Source of the DNA: Squalus acanthias
Taxonomy: Eukaryota
Assembly: GCA_030390025.1 (NCBI GenBank)
Contig: CM059432.1
Location: 136,650,001-136,714,000 of the forward strand
DNA: 64,000 nt
Direction of reading: 5' to 3'
Part shown: in pieces, positions 62,319-64,000 of the stretch
Layout of the letters: the number at the start of each line of letters is the position of its first letter
Position numbering within the stretch: the stretch's first letter is position 1
Position numbers and translations under genes: made by a program
Notes under the pieces: model-generated
The model's database searches: none
The model's input: the letters and a program-made list of their open reading frames with translations, nothing else
Told to the model about the DNA's origin: nothing

Positions 62319-63454
62319 ATTGCTCTAGCTTAAAAAAAACACAGTGCATGCATTGAAGTGGATCCATTTTGCATTCACACGTTCATAACAGGGCCAGTTT
62401 TGCACACGAATACAATTTTATTTTGCATAATACCCTGCTTCTGTCAGTCTTGGACTGGGGGGAAGAAGCAGTCCCAGAATAGCAACACTAGAAATGTATG
62501 GAGGGAGGAACGGGCATTCAAATCTTCCTTCTACAAACTATCAACCTAAAAATATTTAGCCCGAAAGAGAGGGTTGTTTGATGCAAACCTGTGCCTCTGC
62601 CTGCAACTCCTTCTGTGGCAAATTCATGGTCTTATCTTTGCTGTTAGGGAGGTACAGAATAGTGCCCAAACGCTTCCCCCACAGGAAAGGGGGAAAAAAT
62701 GAGAGATTTTCCTTCTAGACGCAAGAGCTCATTGGAAAAGCCCAGGAGATCACGAGCTGCCTCTCTTTTCTTTAGCTGGACAAGGGGATATGCCCTGGGG
62801 ACAACTAAAGATAGGGAAGGGGGAAATTGAGAACCAAAATTTGTGAAAAATATTACGAGACTCTTAGGCATTTGGACGCTGGGTAAAATCGTTCTGTATT
62901 TTCCAAATCATTTCATCCTTTCTTGTGTTGTCTGTATCACATGTAGAATGTCACAGAAACCTGCAATTAGGCTAAGTGTGCGTTGAGCATACAAAGGAAA
63001 TGATACCACTACACTGTATACTTAAAGCTGCAGAATCACTTTTCAAAGAATCTACTTGTCAATTTCTGGTCAATTTCATTAATTCAAAATTAACCAGTCA
63101 TTGACCTCTCTGTACCCAGACTGCTCGAGAAACCAGACTGTTAGAGAACTAACTACTGCAATAGGGTTTCAGTAACTTTTACAGAAAAAAATGATTGGGA
63201 TAAAATAATTACATGATTTAGAGGAGTAGATAGTGCATGGTTCTGATTTGCATTGCTAAATGTGAAAAATCTGTAATGGCTACAGTGGTCTAACCCACTG
63301 CCTTCACGTTGTAATCCAAATTCCAAGCCAAGATTCCAAAAAAAAACTATGTAAGCATCCTTACATTGTTATAGCACTAGCCTTCAGACCAGATGGTGGC
63401 AGGTTTAGATCTTATGTCTGCCTGTCTGTTAAAAGCAGCGAATATACGGGCAGA

Positions 63455-64000
63455 AGAGCCTTGGACAAGCTGAAGTTTATGGAGGGTGGAGGATGAAAGA
63501 TGGGTGTTTGACCAGGAGAGTATTGGAGTAGTTCAGCCTCGAGTGGACAAAGGCATGGGTGAGGGTTACAGCAGAAGATTGCCTGAGATAGGCACGCAAG
63601 TGGGCAATGTTACGGTGGTCTAATTAGCCATTCTTTATAATGGAGCGGATATGGGGTCAGAAGCTCAGCTTGGGGTCAAATAGGATGCTGGAGAAAATTG
63701 CAGCTCATCGAAGACTGGATGTCAGACAAGCAATCTGGCTACACAGAGGCAGTGGAGGGGTCAGGAGAGGTGGTGGAGAGGAAGCTGATGCCATGTCTAC
63801 AGCTGATGTCTCCAGGGACTAGCATATAGATGAGGAAGAGGAAGAGGGGCCAAGGATAATCCTTGCGGGACTCTGGCAGTAACGGCTTAGCGGCAGCAAG
63901 GAAGCCATTGCTGAAGATGTATGGACTATGATCAAGGCAAGACTGGAACCAAGTGAGGCTAATCCTGCTGAGCTGGACAATGGAGGAGAGGCATCAGAGG
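63455..64000 (-). mobile_element. Degenerate L2 RT fragment (runs off the window)
   Basis: Similar to 10680-11050 (IHAFVT..., YADDI, LLHCPAQQD). Confidence 0.65.

Overview
Eukaryotic, repeat-dense vertebrate DNA. The SacSINE1/DeuSINE-type SINEs and the CR1, L2, RTE and Penelope fragments point to a cartilaginous fish (inference). No host protein-coding gene could be supported. The centrepiece is a PIF/Harbinger DNA transposon (~23130-27138) with two convergent, uninterrupted genes. One is an intronless 386-aa DDE transposase (+). The other is a three-exon Myb/SANT-like partner (-, 488 aa when spliced), which the ORF track shows only in pieces. This copy keeps its right TIR but lacks the left ~225 bp. 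At least six non-autonomous relatives occur in the same window; two are deletion derivatives joining the transposase start region directly to the Myb start region. Penelope-like fragments carry minimal hammerhead-ribozyme motifs, and one insertion is a 214-bp loop-less palindrome flanked by an 11-bp direct repeat. There are many nested insertions with readable TSDs, a ~220-bp inverted duplication, and repeat-poor blocks that look like conserved non-coding elements. Boundaries of degenerate repeats are approximate, and family names come from recognition, not a database search.
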